NCBI GenBank assembly: GCA_964390905.1 | Contig: CAYMLO010000010.1 | Location: forward strand, 18,186 to 82,185 | Origin: an uncultured Planctomycetales bacterium | GTDB lineage: Bacteria; Planctomycetota; Phycisphaerae; UBA1845; JAFGLZ01 | Length of the DNA: 64,000 nucleotides | Reading direction: 5' to 3' | Shown here: positions 37,212 to 46,559 of the stretch, piece after piece | How positions within the stretch are numbered: the first letter of the stretch is position 1 | How the letters are laid out: every line of letters begins with the position of its first letter | Position numbers and translations under genes: made by a program | The notes under the pieces: model-generated | Told to the model about the DNA's origin: nothing | The model's input: the letters and a program-made list of their open reading frames with translations, nothing else | Databases searched by the model: none

Positions 37212-37961
37212 CTACTTCTTCGACCGCTTCTGGAGCCATCCCACGTCGCGGTGGCCGTAGGTTTGGGTGGCCATCGGCTTGGGGGCGGCCCAGCGGACGC
37301 CGTTGGTGATGACCCGCAGGACGTTCTTGTCGTAGTAGATCGGGTACGACTCGTGCCCGGGCCTGAAGTAGAAGATCCGACCGGCCCCGCGCTGCCACGT
37401 GCATCCGCTGCGGAAGACCTCGCCGCCCTCGAACGAGCTGATGAAGATCTGTTCGTCCGGCTCGGGGATGTCGAAGTGCTCGCCGTACATCTCGGTCTTG
37501 GGCAGGATGAAATGGTCGTCGATCCCCTCGACGATCGGGTGCCCGGGCTTGGTGACCCACAGGATCTCGCGCTCGTCGGCTTCGCGCCACTTGAGCATGC
37601 ACGTCGTACCCATCAGCCGCGTGAAGATCTTGCTGAGGTGGGCCGAGTGCAGGCAGATCAAGCCCATCCCCGCGTGCACCCGCTGCCGGACCTTCTCGAC
37701 GATCTCGTCGCTCACCTCGTGATGGGCCATGTGACCCCACCAGGTCATCACGTCGGTGCTCTTCAGCACGTGGTCCGTCAGGCCGTGCGACGGCTCGTCG
37801 AGCGTCGCCGTCCGGACCCGGATGCCCGGTTGGGCGCTCAAGTGCTGGGCGATCGCCCCGTGCATGCCGTTCGGATAGATCTTCGCGACCTTCTTGACGG
37901 TCCGCTCATGCCGCCCCTCGTTCCAGACGGTGACGCGGATGGTACTGCGCGCCTTGGCCAT
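37212..37961 (-). CDS. ThuA-domain protein (trehalose-utilisation-like, class-I amidotransferase-like fold)
   Basis: [12 protein letters not shown]...[14 protein letters not shown]...[13 protein letters not shown] resembles the ThuA family. Start at ATG 37961, because 38018 would overlap the upstream terminator hairpin. Confidence 0.7.
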   Translation of the reverse strand: MAKARSTIRVTVWNEGRHERTVKKVAKIYPNGMHGAIAQHLSAQPGIRVRTATLDEPSHGLTDHVLKSTDVMTWWGHMAHHEVSDEIVEKVRQRVHAGMGLICLHSAHLSKIFTRLMGTTCMLKWREADEREILWVTKPGHPIVEGIDDHFILPKTEMYGEHFDIPEPDEQIFISSFEGGEVFRSGCTWQRGAGRIFYFRPGHESYPIYYDKNVLRVITNGVRWAAPKPMATQTYGHRDVGWLQKRSKK

Positions 37962-38010
37962 GGCTTGTCCCCTTGTTGGTGCGCCTTTGCGCACCGCTTT
38001 TCCCTTCGTC

Positions 38011-38038
38011 TCGTACAAAAGGTGCGTCTAGACGCACC
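38011..38038 (-). terminator. Rho-independent terminator-like hairpin after the DUF4091-like gene
   Basis: Perfect 18-bp palindrome ggtgcgtctagacgcacc (38021-38038) directly after the stop codon. It is followed on the minus strand by TTTTGTACGAG. Confidence 0.65.
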
Positions 38039-40429
38039 CTACCTCTTGAGCGACTGGCCCAGGGCCTCGATGGCCCGTGCGACGCGGTCGCGGTAACGGC
38101 CGATGGTATCAGGATCGTGGCTGTAACTCGATACGTCGACGGCCACGCCGCGTGGAATCGTCAGGAGCTTCTGATGCTCGGTCACGTCGATGCCGCGGGC
38201 TCGGGCCTGGCCGACGCGGTCGCGGAGCAGCCACAGGTACTCGTAGTCCTCTACGCCGTCGCGGATCATCTCGAGCCGTATCGACGGGACGCGCTTGCCC
38301 TTCGAGATATAGACCAGCTGCCCATCGCCGCGGCCGTCGGCGCCGACGTTCCGCCCGCCGGTCCGGTCGAGGTCGTTGTTGCAGTGGCCGGCCCAGTAGA
38401 GATTGCCCGTCAGAGCGTACTTCCACATCAACAAGAACGACATGCGGGCACACGCAGCCGGGTGCGGAATCGAGTACGTCGGTCGCGGATACGGATCGCC
38501 GCAGTTGTACCACCACAGTTCCTTGCCCCTGGCGCGCAAATCCGCGAGACGCTTGTCGATGTCCCTGTGGCTGAAATACGGCACGTGCGGGCAGTAGATG
38601 TCCGCCACCTCGTGCCACTGCTCGCTCGGGGACATGACGATGAGGATCTTCAGATCGGGGACGGCCTCGCGAACGACGCGACCGACGGCGATCAGCTCTT
38701 TCGTGTAGGCGAGGTTCGGCTCGTCCCACAGATAGAAGAAGCAGCGGTCGAACCACCCCTTCTGGCGAAGGTGTTGCGTGAAGCACCGCAGCCAAGCGAT
38801 CATCCGTCGCTTGGCCTGCTCGCCGTCAAGCGGATTCATGGACACGTCGACGGCCTTGCCCATCGCCTCGTCGACGAACTTGCGGTGCAACCGACCGGGC
38901 TTAAACCCACCGCCGTCGCCTGCACTGAGTGGCAGGCCGAAGACCGTCAAGCCCAGCTCGAAGCACCGCTGCATGACGCGGTCGTACTCGGTGAAGTCCA
39001 TCGCGATCGTGCCGTCCTTGCGCAGGAGATAGCGCGGCTCGGCGATCGATCCCGTGCAGGGCCCGCCCCCCGTGCCGGCCCGATGGCGGAACGTCACGTC
39101 GCAGACACCGCCCCCGCCGCAACTGATGACGCGTTTCGTGTGGGCGATCACGGGCAGGTCGAAATCGTAAACGCGAACGCGCAACGCCAGCTCGACGGGA
39201 TGGACGCCGGTGGCGGCGATTCGAACGACGGTCCCGTAGTCCCCGGCCGGCGTGCCGCGCGGCGCGTAGAGGCGAAGCCACAGCGACTGCTGTTGGCCGG
39301 CGGGAACGGTCAGGGCGCCCAGCGGCAGGATCGGATCCGGCCAGGAGACGCCGCCGATGATCACGTGACCGACGCGCACCACCTCGACGTACTCGGCGGG
39401 AATGACGTGGTCTCTACCCGCATGTTTGAGGGGCGCGACGTTGACCTGCAGATCCGTCAGATCCGTGTCCCCCGCGATCAACGCGATCTGGATGGCCTCG
39501 TACTCATGCCTGGCCAGCGACATCCGCCCTGTCACGGTCAGCTGCTCGGCCCGGAGGGGATCGGCGGGTCGGATCTTGGCCATGGCCGGCGCCCAGCTCG
39601 CGATGTAGTCGGGCGGCTTGCCGTCGTTGAACCGGGCCAACAGTGACGCGGCCTTGATCCGAAGAATCATAGCGTCAAGCTTGTCCATCTCCGACGTGAT
39701 CGCTGTCAGCGTCTCGCGGATCTTGGCCGACGGGACCTCGTCAAGTCCGTCGAGCCGCTCGCGCTGGCGCCTCAGCCGGGCCTGGGCGTCCTGGATCTGA
39801 CGACGACCGACCTCTGCCGCAGACGTCGCCAATGCCCGCAACCGCGCTTCGAGTGTCTTGGCACGCACACGCAGGGGATTCAGCCGCGACAGCGCCGCCC
39901 GCCCGGTGCGCACGCCGACCGCGTCGAAGGACCACGTCGAATCGACACCCACCGCACCGCCGGCGAACCCATGGACGCGGACGTAGCGGACCGGCGCCTC
40001 GATCGGCAGGGCCGACGTCACTGCCTTCGCCGAGAGCTTGACCTGACCGAGTTGGTGGAAGTGCTTGTCCGAACCGGCGACGAAGACCGTGATCGACTTG
40101 GCATGCCCCGGGCCGACCTGCTTGTGTACCAGCGCCAGATCCCCCCACGCCACCTCCGTCCCGAGGTCGACGGTGATGTTCCCGCCGTCGTTCCAGCCGT
40201 TGTGGATGACCAGCCTGGCGAACCGCCCGTCGGGCGGACCGAGGAGGGCATTCGGCTCGACCCAGTCCGGCTTGGGCAGGTCGGGACGCTGCTTGTCTAC
40301 ATCGGTCGCGATGACCTGCCGGGCCCAGAACGCAAGCGAGGCATCACCCGCACGGGGCGCCTGGGCCTCGAGCGTCAGGGGCACGATCATGCACAATGCG
40401 ACGGTGGTCACGTCGAAACGTCCCTTCAA
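38039..40429 (-). CDS. Secreted DUF4091-like glycoside-hydrolase-like protein with an N-terminal beta-sandwich domain
   Basis: CFFYLWDEPN...ILIVMSP...LWWYNCGDPYPRPTY...NLYWAGH resembles DUF4091-containing proteins. The TTG start at 40429 overlaps the upstream stop; alternative starts are GTG 40411 or ATG 40390. Confidence 0.5.
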   Translation of the reverse strand: MKGRFDVTTVALCMIVPLTLEAQAPRAGDASLAFWARQVIATDVDKQRPDLPKPDWVEPNALLGPPDGRFARLVIHNGWNDGGNITVDLGTEVAWGDLALVHKQVGPGHAKSITVFVAGSDKHFHQLGQVKLSAKAVTSALPIEAPVRYVRVHGFAGGAVGVDSTWSFDAVGVRTGRAALSRLNPLRVRAKTLEARLRALATSAAEVGRRQIQDAQARLRRQRERLDGLDEVPSAKIRETLTAITSEMDKLDAMILRIKAASLLARFNDGKPPDYIASWAPAMAKIRPADPLRAEQLTVTGRMSLARHEYEAIQIALIAGDTDLTDLQVNVAPLKHAGRDHVIPAEYVEVVRVGHVIIGGVSWPDPILPLGALTVPAGQQQSLWLRLYAPRGTPAGDYGTVVRIAATGVHPVELALRVRVYDFDLPVIAHTKRVISCGGGGVCDVTFRHRAGTGGGPCTGSIAEPRYLLRKDGTIAMDFTEYDRVMQRCFELGLTVFGLPLSAGDGGGFKPGRLHRKFVDEAMGKAVDVSMNPLDGEQAKRRMIAWLRCFTQHLRQKGWFDRCFFYLWDEPNLAYTKELIAVGRVVREAVPDLKILIVMSPSEQWHEVADIYCPHVPYFSHRDIDKRLADLRARGKELWWYNCGDPYPRPTYSIPHPAACARMSFLLMWKYALTGNLYWAGHCNNDLDRTGGRNVGADGRGDGQLVYISKGKRVPSIRLEMIRDGVEDYEYLWLLRDRVGQARARGIDVTEHQKLLTIPRGVAVDVSSYSHDPDTIGRYRDRVARAIEALGQSLKR

Positions 40430-41814
40430 ACCGGCAGCGCATACGACTCGCGGTAATCGCGGGTCATGAGGCGGGCGGCCTCGGCATCGCCGACGAGGGT
40501 CTCGGCCTTGTCATCCCAGCGGATCTTGCGATTGACCCGCAGCGCGATGTTGCCCAGATGACAGACCAGGTTCACCTTGTGGTGGTAGGCCACGTTGCAG
40601 CTCGGCGTCTTTCGGGTCTTGATGCACTGCACGAACTCGTCGTAGTGATTGTGGGCCGGCGGGGTGGGGATGTCCTTCAGGTCCTCGTCCTTGATGCGGT
40701 CGCCCTCGGTCCAGATGCCGTGCTTGCCGTAGTCGGCCGCCAGCGTGCCGTTGGTCCCCTGAAATGCCACACCGATCCGCCGCCTCATCTTGCAGGGCAC
40801 GATGGCGGTCTTGTTCGGCTTGCTCCGCGTCGTCGGCGTCGGCGCGCCGGTCTGGAGCTCGTAGCCGTAGCTGTTCGCACTGCTGTGCGACCACATCACG
40901 GTCATGCCCGCAAAGTCGTAGAGGACGTACTGACTGTCGGGCGTCTCGGCGTTGTCGTCGACGGCCCACCGGCCGCCCGACGCCGCCACGCCCGTCGGGG
41001 CGGCCAGATCCGGCAGGGCGTAGAACCACAGGTCGATCAGGTGCGGCGCCATCGCCGTGATCCACCCGCCACCGTAGTCCCAGAAGTAGCGGAACCAGCC
41101 CGTCTTGAACTTGTTGATGTTGAACGGCGAGACCGGCGCCGGCCCCAGCCAGAAATCCCAGTTCAGCCCACCCAGCGGCTCGACGTCTGCCGGCTTGCCG
41201 ATCCCGTCGGGTGCCTCGTTGCAGACCATCCAGCCTCGAACGTGCGTGATCTTGCCCAGGACGCCGGCACGGACCAGCTCGACGACGCGCTTGTAGTTGG
41301 CCCCCGAGTGGATCTGCGTGCCGACCTGGGTGACCCGCTTGCGTTCGCCCGCCACCTTGCGGAGCAGCAGCGACTCATGAACGTTGTGGGTCATGGGCTT
41401 CTCGACGTAGACGTCCTTGTCGGCCAGGCAGGCGGCCAGGGCGATCGGCCCGTGCCAGTGCGTGGGCGTGGCGATGACCACGCCGTCGACGTCCTTTCGG
41501 TCGAGCACCTCGCGGTAGTCCTCGTAGGCCTGGCAGTTGCCGCCCGCCAGCTTGGCCGCCCGTTCGCGATGCGGCTTGTAGACGTCGACAGCGGCGACAA
41601 TCTCCGGGTCGCGGAGCGCCCTGAAGGAATTGAGCAGCGCCGTCCCCCGCCCGGCTACACCGATACTGGCCAGACGAACACGCTCGCTGGGCGGCGCCTT
41701 GGATGGTTTGGGCCTGGTGGCCGGCCGCTCTGCCCCCATCGCACTCCCTGTCGACACCACCAGCGCCCCGCTCGAAAGGCGAATGAAGTCGCGCCTGTCC
41801 AGATCGTCGCTCAT
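40426..41814 (-). CDS. Gfo/Idh/MocA-family oxidoreductase with TAT signal
   Basis: RRDFIRLSSGALVVSTG signal; VRLASIGVAGRG Rossmann start; EKPMTHN motif. Confidence 0.8.
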   Translation of the reverse strand: MSDDLDRRDFIRLSSGALVVSTGSAMGAERPATRPKPSKAPPSERVRLASIGVAGRGTALLNSFRALRDPEIVAAVDVYKPHRERAAKLAGGNCQAYEDYREVLDRKDVDGVVIATPTHWHGPIALAACLADKDVYVEKPMTHNVHESLLLRKVAGERKRVTQVGTQIHSGANYKRVVELVRAGVLGKITHVRGWMVCNEAPDGIGKPADVEPLGGLNWDFWLGPAPVSPFNINKFKTGWFRYFWDYGGGWITAMAPHLIDLWFYALPDLAAPTGVAASGGRWAVDDNAETPDSQYVLYDFAGMTVMWSHSSANSYGYELQTGAPTPTTRSKPNKTAIVPCKMRRRIGVAFQGTNGTLAADYGKHGIWTEGDRIKDEDLKDIPTPPAHNHYDEFVQCIKTRKTPSCNVAYHHKVNLVCHLGNIALRVNRKIRWDDKAETLVGDAEAARLMTRDYRESYALPV

Positions 41815-41966
41815 GATTCAACCCCGCTGACGTTTCAGCCAGTGACACGTTCGCCGCGCGGACCGGCCGTTGCCACCGATCGGGCGGTATGATACCAACT
41901 CAGCGCGGGGTGGCACAGGTGCGGCCGATCGAGCTGCCCAACTGTCGAGACCTGGCGAGGTGCGTG

Positions 41967-42350
41967 ATGAAGCACAAGACGCTGGTGCGGATCCTGCTCA
42001 AGATCCTGGGCGTGTTTCTCTTCACCGAGGCGCTGAATAGTCTAATCAGTTCAGGGCTCTGGCTACTGAACGACCTGATGGATCCGACCTCAGCGACGAG
42101 CACGCTGTGGTATTTCCGCTTGAGCGGCCTGATCCAAGGCCTGCTCAAGACGTTCCTGGCTATCTACCTGTTCTTCGGCGGGACGTGGGTGGTCAACAAG
42201 ATCATCCCCAGCAACCGCCCGTACTGCCCGGAATGCGGATACGAGCTGACCGGCCTGGTCCGAAACCGATGCCCCGAATGCGGCACGCCGCTGTCCGAGG
42301 ACCTACTCGCCTCGTCCCGAAGCGCTGGCGGCGCCGACGGGGCGTGCTGA
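41967..42350 (+). CDS. Small membrane protein: one 2-TM module plus a C-terminal CxxC...CxxC zinc ribbon
   Basis: MKHKTLVRILLKILGVFLFTEAL...LLKTFLAIYLFFGGTWVVNKII, then CPECGYELTGLVRNRCPECG. No family recognised. Confidence 0.6.
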   Translation: MKHKTLVRILLKILGVFLFTEALNSLISSGLWLLNDLMDPTSATSTLWYFRLSGLIQGLLKTFLAIYLFFGGTWVVNKIIPSNRPYCPECGYELTGLVRNRCPECGTPLSEDLLASSRSAGGADGAC

Positions 42351-42430
42351 GTGGCGTCGGCCCTCGGCGGACATGACGCATTCGAGCGAACGACCCAAGC
42401 GTTGATGCAGGTGCAGCCCAGAGATCAGCC

Positions 42431-44038
42431 ATGCACCCCAAGACGACAGCACGACTTGGCCTCAAGCTGATCGGCGTGTTCCTCCTGATCCACGGGTCCC
42501 TGGCCTTCCTCGACCGCTTCCAGCCGATCTTGCTCAGCTTGACCTTCGGCGCGACGGGGCGTGCCGATCAGTTGCTGGCAAGGCTCCCCTATCCAGTGCT
42601 CACGCTGCTCTTGACGGTCCCTGTTGGGATCTACCTGGTTCTGGGCGGCGCGTGGCTCGCATCCCGGATCGTCCCGGACAACAAACCGCGTTGTCCCGAG
42701 TGTGGCTATCAGCTCGCGGGGTTGGACGCCGAGCGGTGCCCCGAATGCGCCACGCGCCTGCCACAAACGAGCGGCCCGCTCCGAGCGCAAGATGCGAGCG
42801 TCTCGCCCAAGCCGGTGGTGCGCGTGCTTGTCAGGTTGCTGGGCGTCGCCATCATCGTGCTCAAGCTCGACGAGTTGACCTGGGAGGCCACCTTCTTCGC
42901 GTCCGATCTCCTCGGGTTCGGCCAGTATGACCGGCCGTGGGCTCGGCCGGCGGAGCTCTCCGACTTCCTGACGATCGGGCTGGGTCTGTACCTGCTGCTC
43001 GGCGGCGGCTGGGTCGCGGATCATCTGTTGTTGTGGGCACGGCCTCGAGGCCCGGACCGCCAGAACAAGGCGGACATCACCGGGCGCGGACCCCACGGCA
43101 GCCGAGGGATGGTGTTCGCATTCGTCAGGCTGCTGGGCTTGATCTTCCTCGTGTTGGGTGGGCGAGGACTGCTGGCGCTTGTGTCCTGGCTCATGCAAGA
43201 CTACCTCCAGTTCGGATACGAGCGTGGATGGGTGCCCTACGCCGGCAGGGGCTTGGCGGAGGCGTTGAAGCTGGTGGTCGGGGGGTACTTCTTCTTCCGC
43301 GGGCGATGGGTCACCGACAGGCTGCTCGGATCGGATCGGCCAGACACAGCCAAGCGCAGCGTCGTCCAGGCCGGGGAAGATACTGCGCTCGGTCGGGCGG
43401 TGGTGATGCTGCTCGGCATCACGTGTCTCGTGCTGGCGATGGCGCAGCTGTGTTGGACCGGGCCGTGCTTGCTTTACTGCTATCTCATGTGGGGGTCGGA
43501 CAGCTACAACTTCCCACACGAAGCGGTCAAGACGGTGGTCTTCTGCTTGCAGGCCGGCGTGGGGATCGCCCTCTTGCTCGGAGCGGATCGGGTGCTGCGC
43601 AGGTTGACGCATGGTGGGTTCCACTCGGTCGGTGAAGCAAAGGCCTCGACCCACGAGGAGCTGCAGCGCGATTGGCCTGTGCCAGTCCAACGAAACAGGG
43701 CTTGGGTCTCTCTGCTGCTGGGCATCCTTGGGGTGTACCTCTGCATTGTCGGAACGGCCGAACTGCTTCAGGCAATCGGTTGGGTGGTCCATACCGTCCT
43801 CGAACCGGGGTGGTTCAGTCTTCAGGACCAACTCGCCGTTGCGACGCCGCACTTCCTTCGGGTGGCCATTGGCGTGTGGCTGCTCTGGGCCCACCGGCGC
43901 CTGGCCCAATGGATCGTCCCGCCACACCGGGCCTACTGCCCCGCCTGTGGCTATGAATCGAAGGCCGATGCCGGCCCGAACTGTCAGGAATGCGACGCGC
44001 CCCTCGACGCCGTGGCCAAACCGGCGCCGGTCTCCTAG
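42431..44038 (+). CDS. Membrane protein built from five copies of the same 2-TM module; the first and last modules carry zinc ribbons
   Basis: Five recurrences of (basic)-hydrophobic-LLG-hydrophobic helix ... G.YL.LGG.W-type helix. Zinc ribbons: CPECGYQLAGLDAERCPECA (module 1) and CPACGYESKADAGPNCQECD (module 5). Paralogous to the 41967 gene. Confidence 0.6.
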   Translation: MHPKTTARLGLKLIGVFLLIHGSLAFLDRFQPILLSLTFGATGRADQLLARLPYPVLTLLLTVPVGIYLVLGGAWLASRIVPDNKPRCPECGYQLAGLDAERCPECATRLPQTSGPLRAQDASVSPKPVVRVLVRLLGVAIIVLKLDELTWEATFFASDLLGFGQYDRPWARPAELSDFLTIGLGLYLLLGGGWVADHLLLWARPRGPDRQNKADITGRGPHGSRGMVFAFVRLLGLIFLVLGGRGLLALVSWLMQDYLQFGYERGWVPYAGRGLAEALKLVVGGYFFFRGRWVTDRLLGSDRPDTAKRSVVQAGEDTALGRAVVMLLGITCLVLAMAQLCWTGPCLLYCYLMWGSDSYNFPHEAVKTVVFCLQAGVGIALLLGADRVLRRLTHGGFHSVGEAKASTHEELQRDWPVPVQRNRAWVSLLLGILGVYLCIVGTAELLQAIGWVVHTVLEPGWFSLQDQLAVATPHFLRVAIGVWLLWAHRRLAQWIVPPHRAYCPACGYESKADAGPNCQECDAPLDAVAKPAPVS

Positions 44039-44069
44039 AATAGTCCTCTGCGGGCGAAGTCAGCTTGAG

Positions 44070-45296
44070 ATGATCGATATCAGCGTCCTCTACTGCGGGT
44101 TCGAGTCCCCCTCCACGCCGCACCGGTACGGCCGGGCGATCAGGCGGGATGTGCCCGGGCATCAGCGGATGGCGGTGGCCACCTCCGCGATGGACCGCCG
44201 GCCGATCGTCGTGTGGAACATCACGCAGACCTGCAACCTCAAGTGCGTCCACTGCTACAGCGACAGCGAGGCAAAGGCCTATGAAGGCGAGCTGACCGGT
44301 GAGGAAGTCCGCCGCGTGCTTGACGACCTGGCAGCGTACAAGGTGCCGGCCGTGTTGTTCTCCGGCGGCGAGCCGCTGATCCGCCCGGACCTGTTCGAGC
44401 TGATCGCGTACGCCCGAGATCTGGGCCTGCACGTCGTCATCAGCACGAACGGCACGCTGATTACGCCGGACATCGCCAAGCGGTTGGTCGACCTGAAGCT
44501 GGCGTACGTGGGCATCTCGTTGGACAGCGCCACGCCGGAGGTGCACGACAAGTTCCGCGGCGTACCCGGCGCGTTCGAGCGGACGATGCGGGGGTTCCGA
44601 AACTGCGTCGAGGCCGGTCAGAAGGTGGGGCTTCGGCTGACGTTGTCGCGGCCCACCTTCGAGAACCTCGACGGCGTGTTCGACTTCATCGAGCGCGAGC
44701 GGATCAACCGGGCGTGCTTCTACCACCTCGTGCCGACCGGACGGGGCAAGGGCGTGCTGGATCTGACACTGGCCGAATCCCGCCAGGCCATGGATACGAT
44801 TCTGCGTCGCACACGCGGGTTCCACGATCGCGGGCTCGGCATCGAGATCCTGACCGTGGACAACCACTGCGACGGGCCCTATATGTACCTCAAGATGAAG
44901 GCCGACGGCGATCCGCGGGCCCAGGACGTCGGCGAGATGCTCGGTTGGAACGGCGGCGGGCTGTACAGTTCCGGCGTGGGGATCGGCTGCATCGACTTCC
45001 ACGGCGACGTGCATCCCGATCAGTTCTGGATGCACACGTCGTTGGGCAGCGTTCGGCAGCGCCCGTTCAGCGAGATCTGGCAGGACACGTCGAACGACCT
45101 GATGGCGGGACTGAAGGACCGTCGTCCCCGGCTGAAGGGACGCTGCGGTGCATGTGAGTTCCAGCCTCTGTGCGGGGGTGCGTTGCGGGTCCGGGCGGAG
45201 CTGATGACGGGCGACCCGTGGGCGGCGGACCCGGCGTGCTATCTGACCGACGAGGAGATTGGCCTGACGTCGGGGGACAACCAGGCCTCACCCTAG
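44070..45296 (+). CDS. Radical SAM / SPASM-domain enzyme, NirJ/AhbC/AhbD-like
   Basis: RPIVVWNITQTCNLKCVHCY (CxxxCxxC). GGEPL. C-terminal Cys-rich auxiliary-cluster region GRCGACEFQPLCGGALRVRAELMTGDPWAADPACY. Start taken at ATG 44070. Confidence 0.8.
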   Translation: MIDISVLYCGFESPSTPHRYGRAIRRDVPGHQRMAVATSAMDRRPIVVWNITQTCNLKCVHCYSDSEAKAYEGELTGEEVRRVLDDLAAYKVPAVLFSGGEPLIRPDLFELIAYARDLGLHVVISTNGTLITPDIAKRLVDLKLAYVGISLDSATPEVHDKFRGVPGAFERTMRGFRNCVEAGQKVGLRLTLSRPTFENLDGVFDFIERERINRACFYHLVPTGRGKGVLDLTLAESRQAMDTILRRTRGFHDRGLGIEILTVDNHCDGPYMYLKMKADGDPRAQDVGEMLGWNGGGLYSSGVGIGCIDFHGDVHPDQFWMHTSLGSVRQRPFSEIWQDTSNDLMAGLKDRRPRLKGRCGACEFQPLCGGALRVRAELMTGDPWAADPACYLTDEEIGLTSGDNQASP

Positions 45297-45311
45297 AACG
45301 GGGGAGAGACG

Positions 45312-46553
45312 ATGTCCGATGATTCGATGGAACGGCCGAAGCTGAGATCGTCGATCGACGTGGCGCCGGTCGAGCAGGACGGGCGACAGATGCTGGTCCT
45401 GTACGACGCGGCCGGCCTGGCCGCCGGCAACCTGGGGCTGACCCAGGGAGCGTTCGCGATCGTCACGCTCATGAACGGGCAGAATACGCTGAACGACATC
45501 CTGGCCATCTTCGCCCAGCAGTTCAGACAAGAGCTGCCCAGCGAGAGACTGGTAGAACTACTGCACCAACTCGACCGCAACGGGATGCTGGAGGGGCCGA
45601 GGTTCGAGGCCCGCTTCGAGCAACTGGCGGAGTCCTACCGCAAAGCCGACGTCCGACCGTCGCAAGCCATGTCGGCCGACGTGAAGCCGGATCAACTGCG
45701 GGACAACCTGCGCGCGATAATCGATGAGGGTCAGCCCTCGACGGACGGCCAGCGCGTGGTGGGACTGATCGCGCCGCACCTGGACTACGAACGGGGCCGG
45801 CCCTGTTACGCCGAAGCCTACGCTCAGCTCCGCGACCGCGACGACGTCGACCGCTTCGTGATCCTGGGAACGAACCACTTCGGTCGATCGGAGACGGCGG
45901 TGTGGACGATCAAAGACTACGACACGCCGCTTGGCCGGGCCGAGACCGACCGGGAGTTCATCGACAGGTTGCGCGAGCGGTGCGGCGCTGACCTGGGCGT
46001 GCAGGAGCTGGACCACGCTCGCGAGCATTCGGTGGAGTTACAGGTCATCTTGCTCAAGGCACTGCTCGGATCGCGTCCGGTGAAGATCGTGCCGGTGCTG
46101 TGTCCCGACGCGTGCGGGCCTGGAGGCCTGAGGCCCGCGAGCGGAACCGGGCCCGGTCTGGACGACGTGGCGGCGGCGCTGGCGGACGTGGTGACAGAGA
46201 CACCGGGCCACACATGCGTCATCGCGGCGGCCGACCTGAGTCACGTCGGCAGGCGATTCGGCGACGACCGCGACCTAGACGATGCGTTTCTCCAGGACGT
46301 TCAGGCCGAGGACCGGGCGCTCCTGGACCTGCTGGAAGCCGGCGACGCCGACGAGTTGGTCTCCCGGCTTCGAGATAGGGAGAACCCCTATCGCGTTTGC
46401 AGTGCGGGGGGGCTCTACGTCCTGCTGCGAGCGGTGCGGGGCTGCACGGTCCGGGTGCTGCGCTACCATCAGGCGGTCAATCGCGAAGAGCACACGGGCG
46501 TGACCTGTGCGGCCGCGGTCATGACGCCGGGTAACGCGGCTCAGGAGGGGTAA
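45312..46553 (+). CDS. Memo-like (AmmeMemoRadiSam protein B family) with ~120-aa N-terminal extension resembling a PqqD/RRE peptide-binding domain
   Basis: Memo-type motifs VVGLIAPHLDYERG, FVILGTNHFG, AADLSHVG. The N-terminal ...VLYDAAGL...LTQGAFAIVTLMNGQNTLNDILAIFAQQF...LVELLHQLDRNGMLEG fits the PqqD-like pattern by eye. Confidence 0.65.
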   Translation: MSDDSMERPKLRSSIDVAPVEQDGRQMLVLYDAAGLAAGNLGLTQGAFAIVTLMNGQNTLNDILAIFAQQFRQELPSERLVELLHQLDRNGMLEGPRFEARFEQLAESYRKADVRPSQAMSADVKPDQLRDNLRAIIDEGQPSTDGQRVVGLIAPHLDYERGRPCYAEAYAQLRDRDDVDRFVILGTNHFGRSETAVWTIKDYDTPLGRAETDREFIDRLRERCGADLGVQELDHAREHSVELQVILLKALLGSRPVKIVPVLCPDACGPGGLRPASGTGPGLDDVAAALADVVTETPGHTCVIAAADLSHVGRRFGDDRDLDDAFLQDVQAEDRALLDLLEAGDADELVSRLRDRENPYRVCSAGGLYVLLRAVRGCTVRVLRYHQAVNREEHTGVTCAAAVMTPGNAAQEG

Positions 46554-46559
46554 CGGCTC

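Noticed and set aside
44070-46553. Calling the rSAM + Memo pair a canonical AmmeMemoRadiSam system.
   Set aside because: No AMMECR1-like gene is present. The radical SAM enzyme also has a SPASM-type C-terminal domain and NirJ/Ahb-like N-terminus, not the PflA-like activase architecture of that system.
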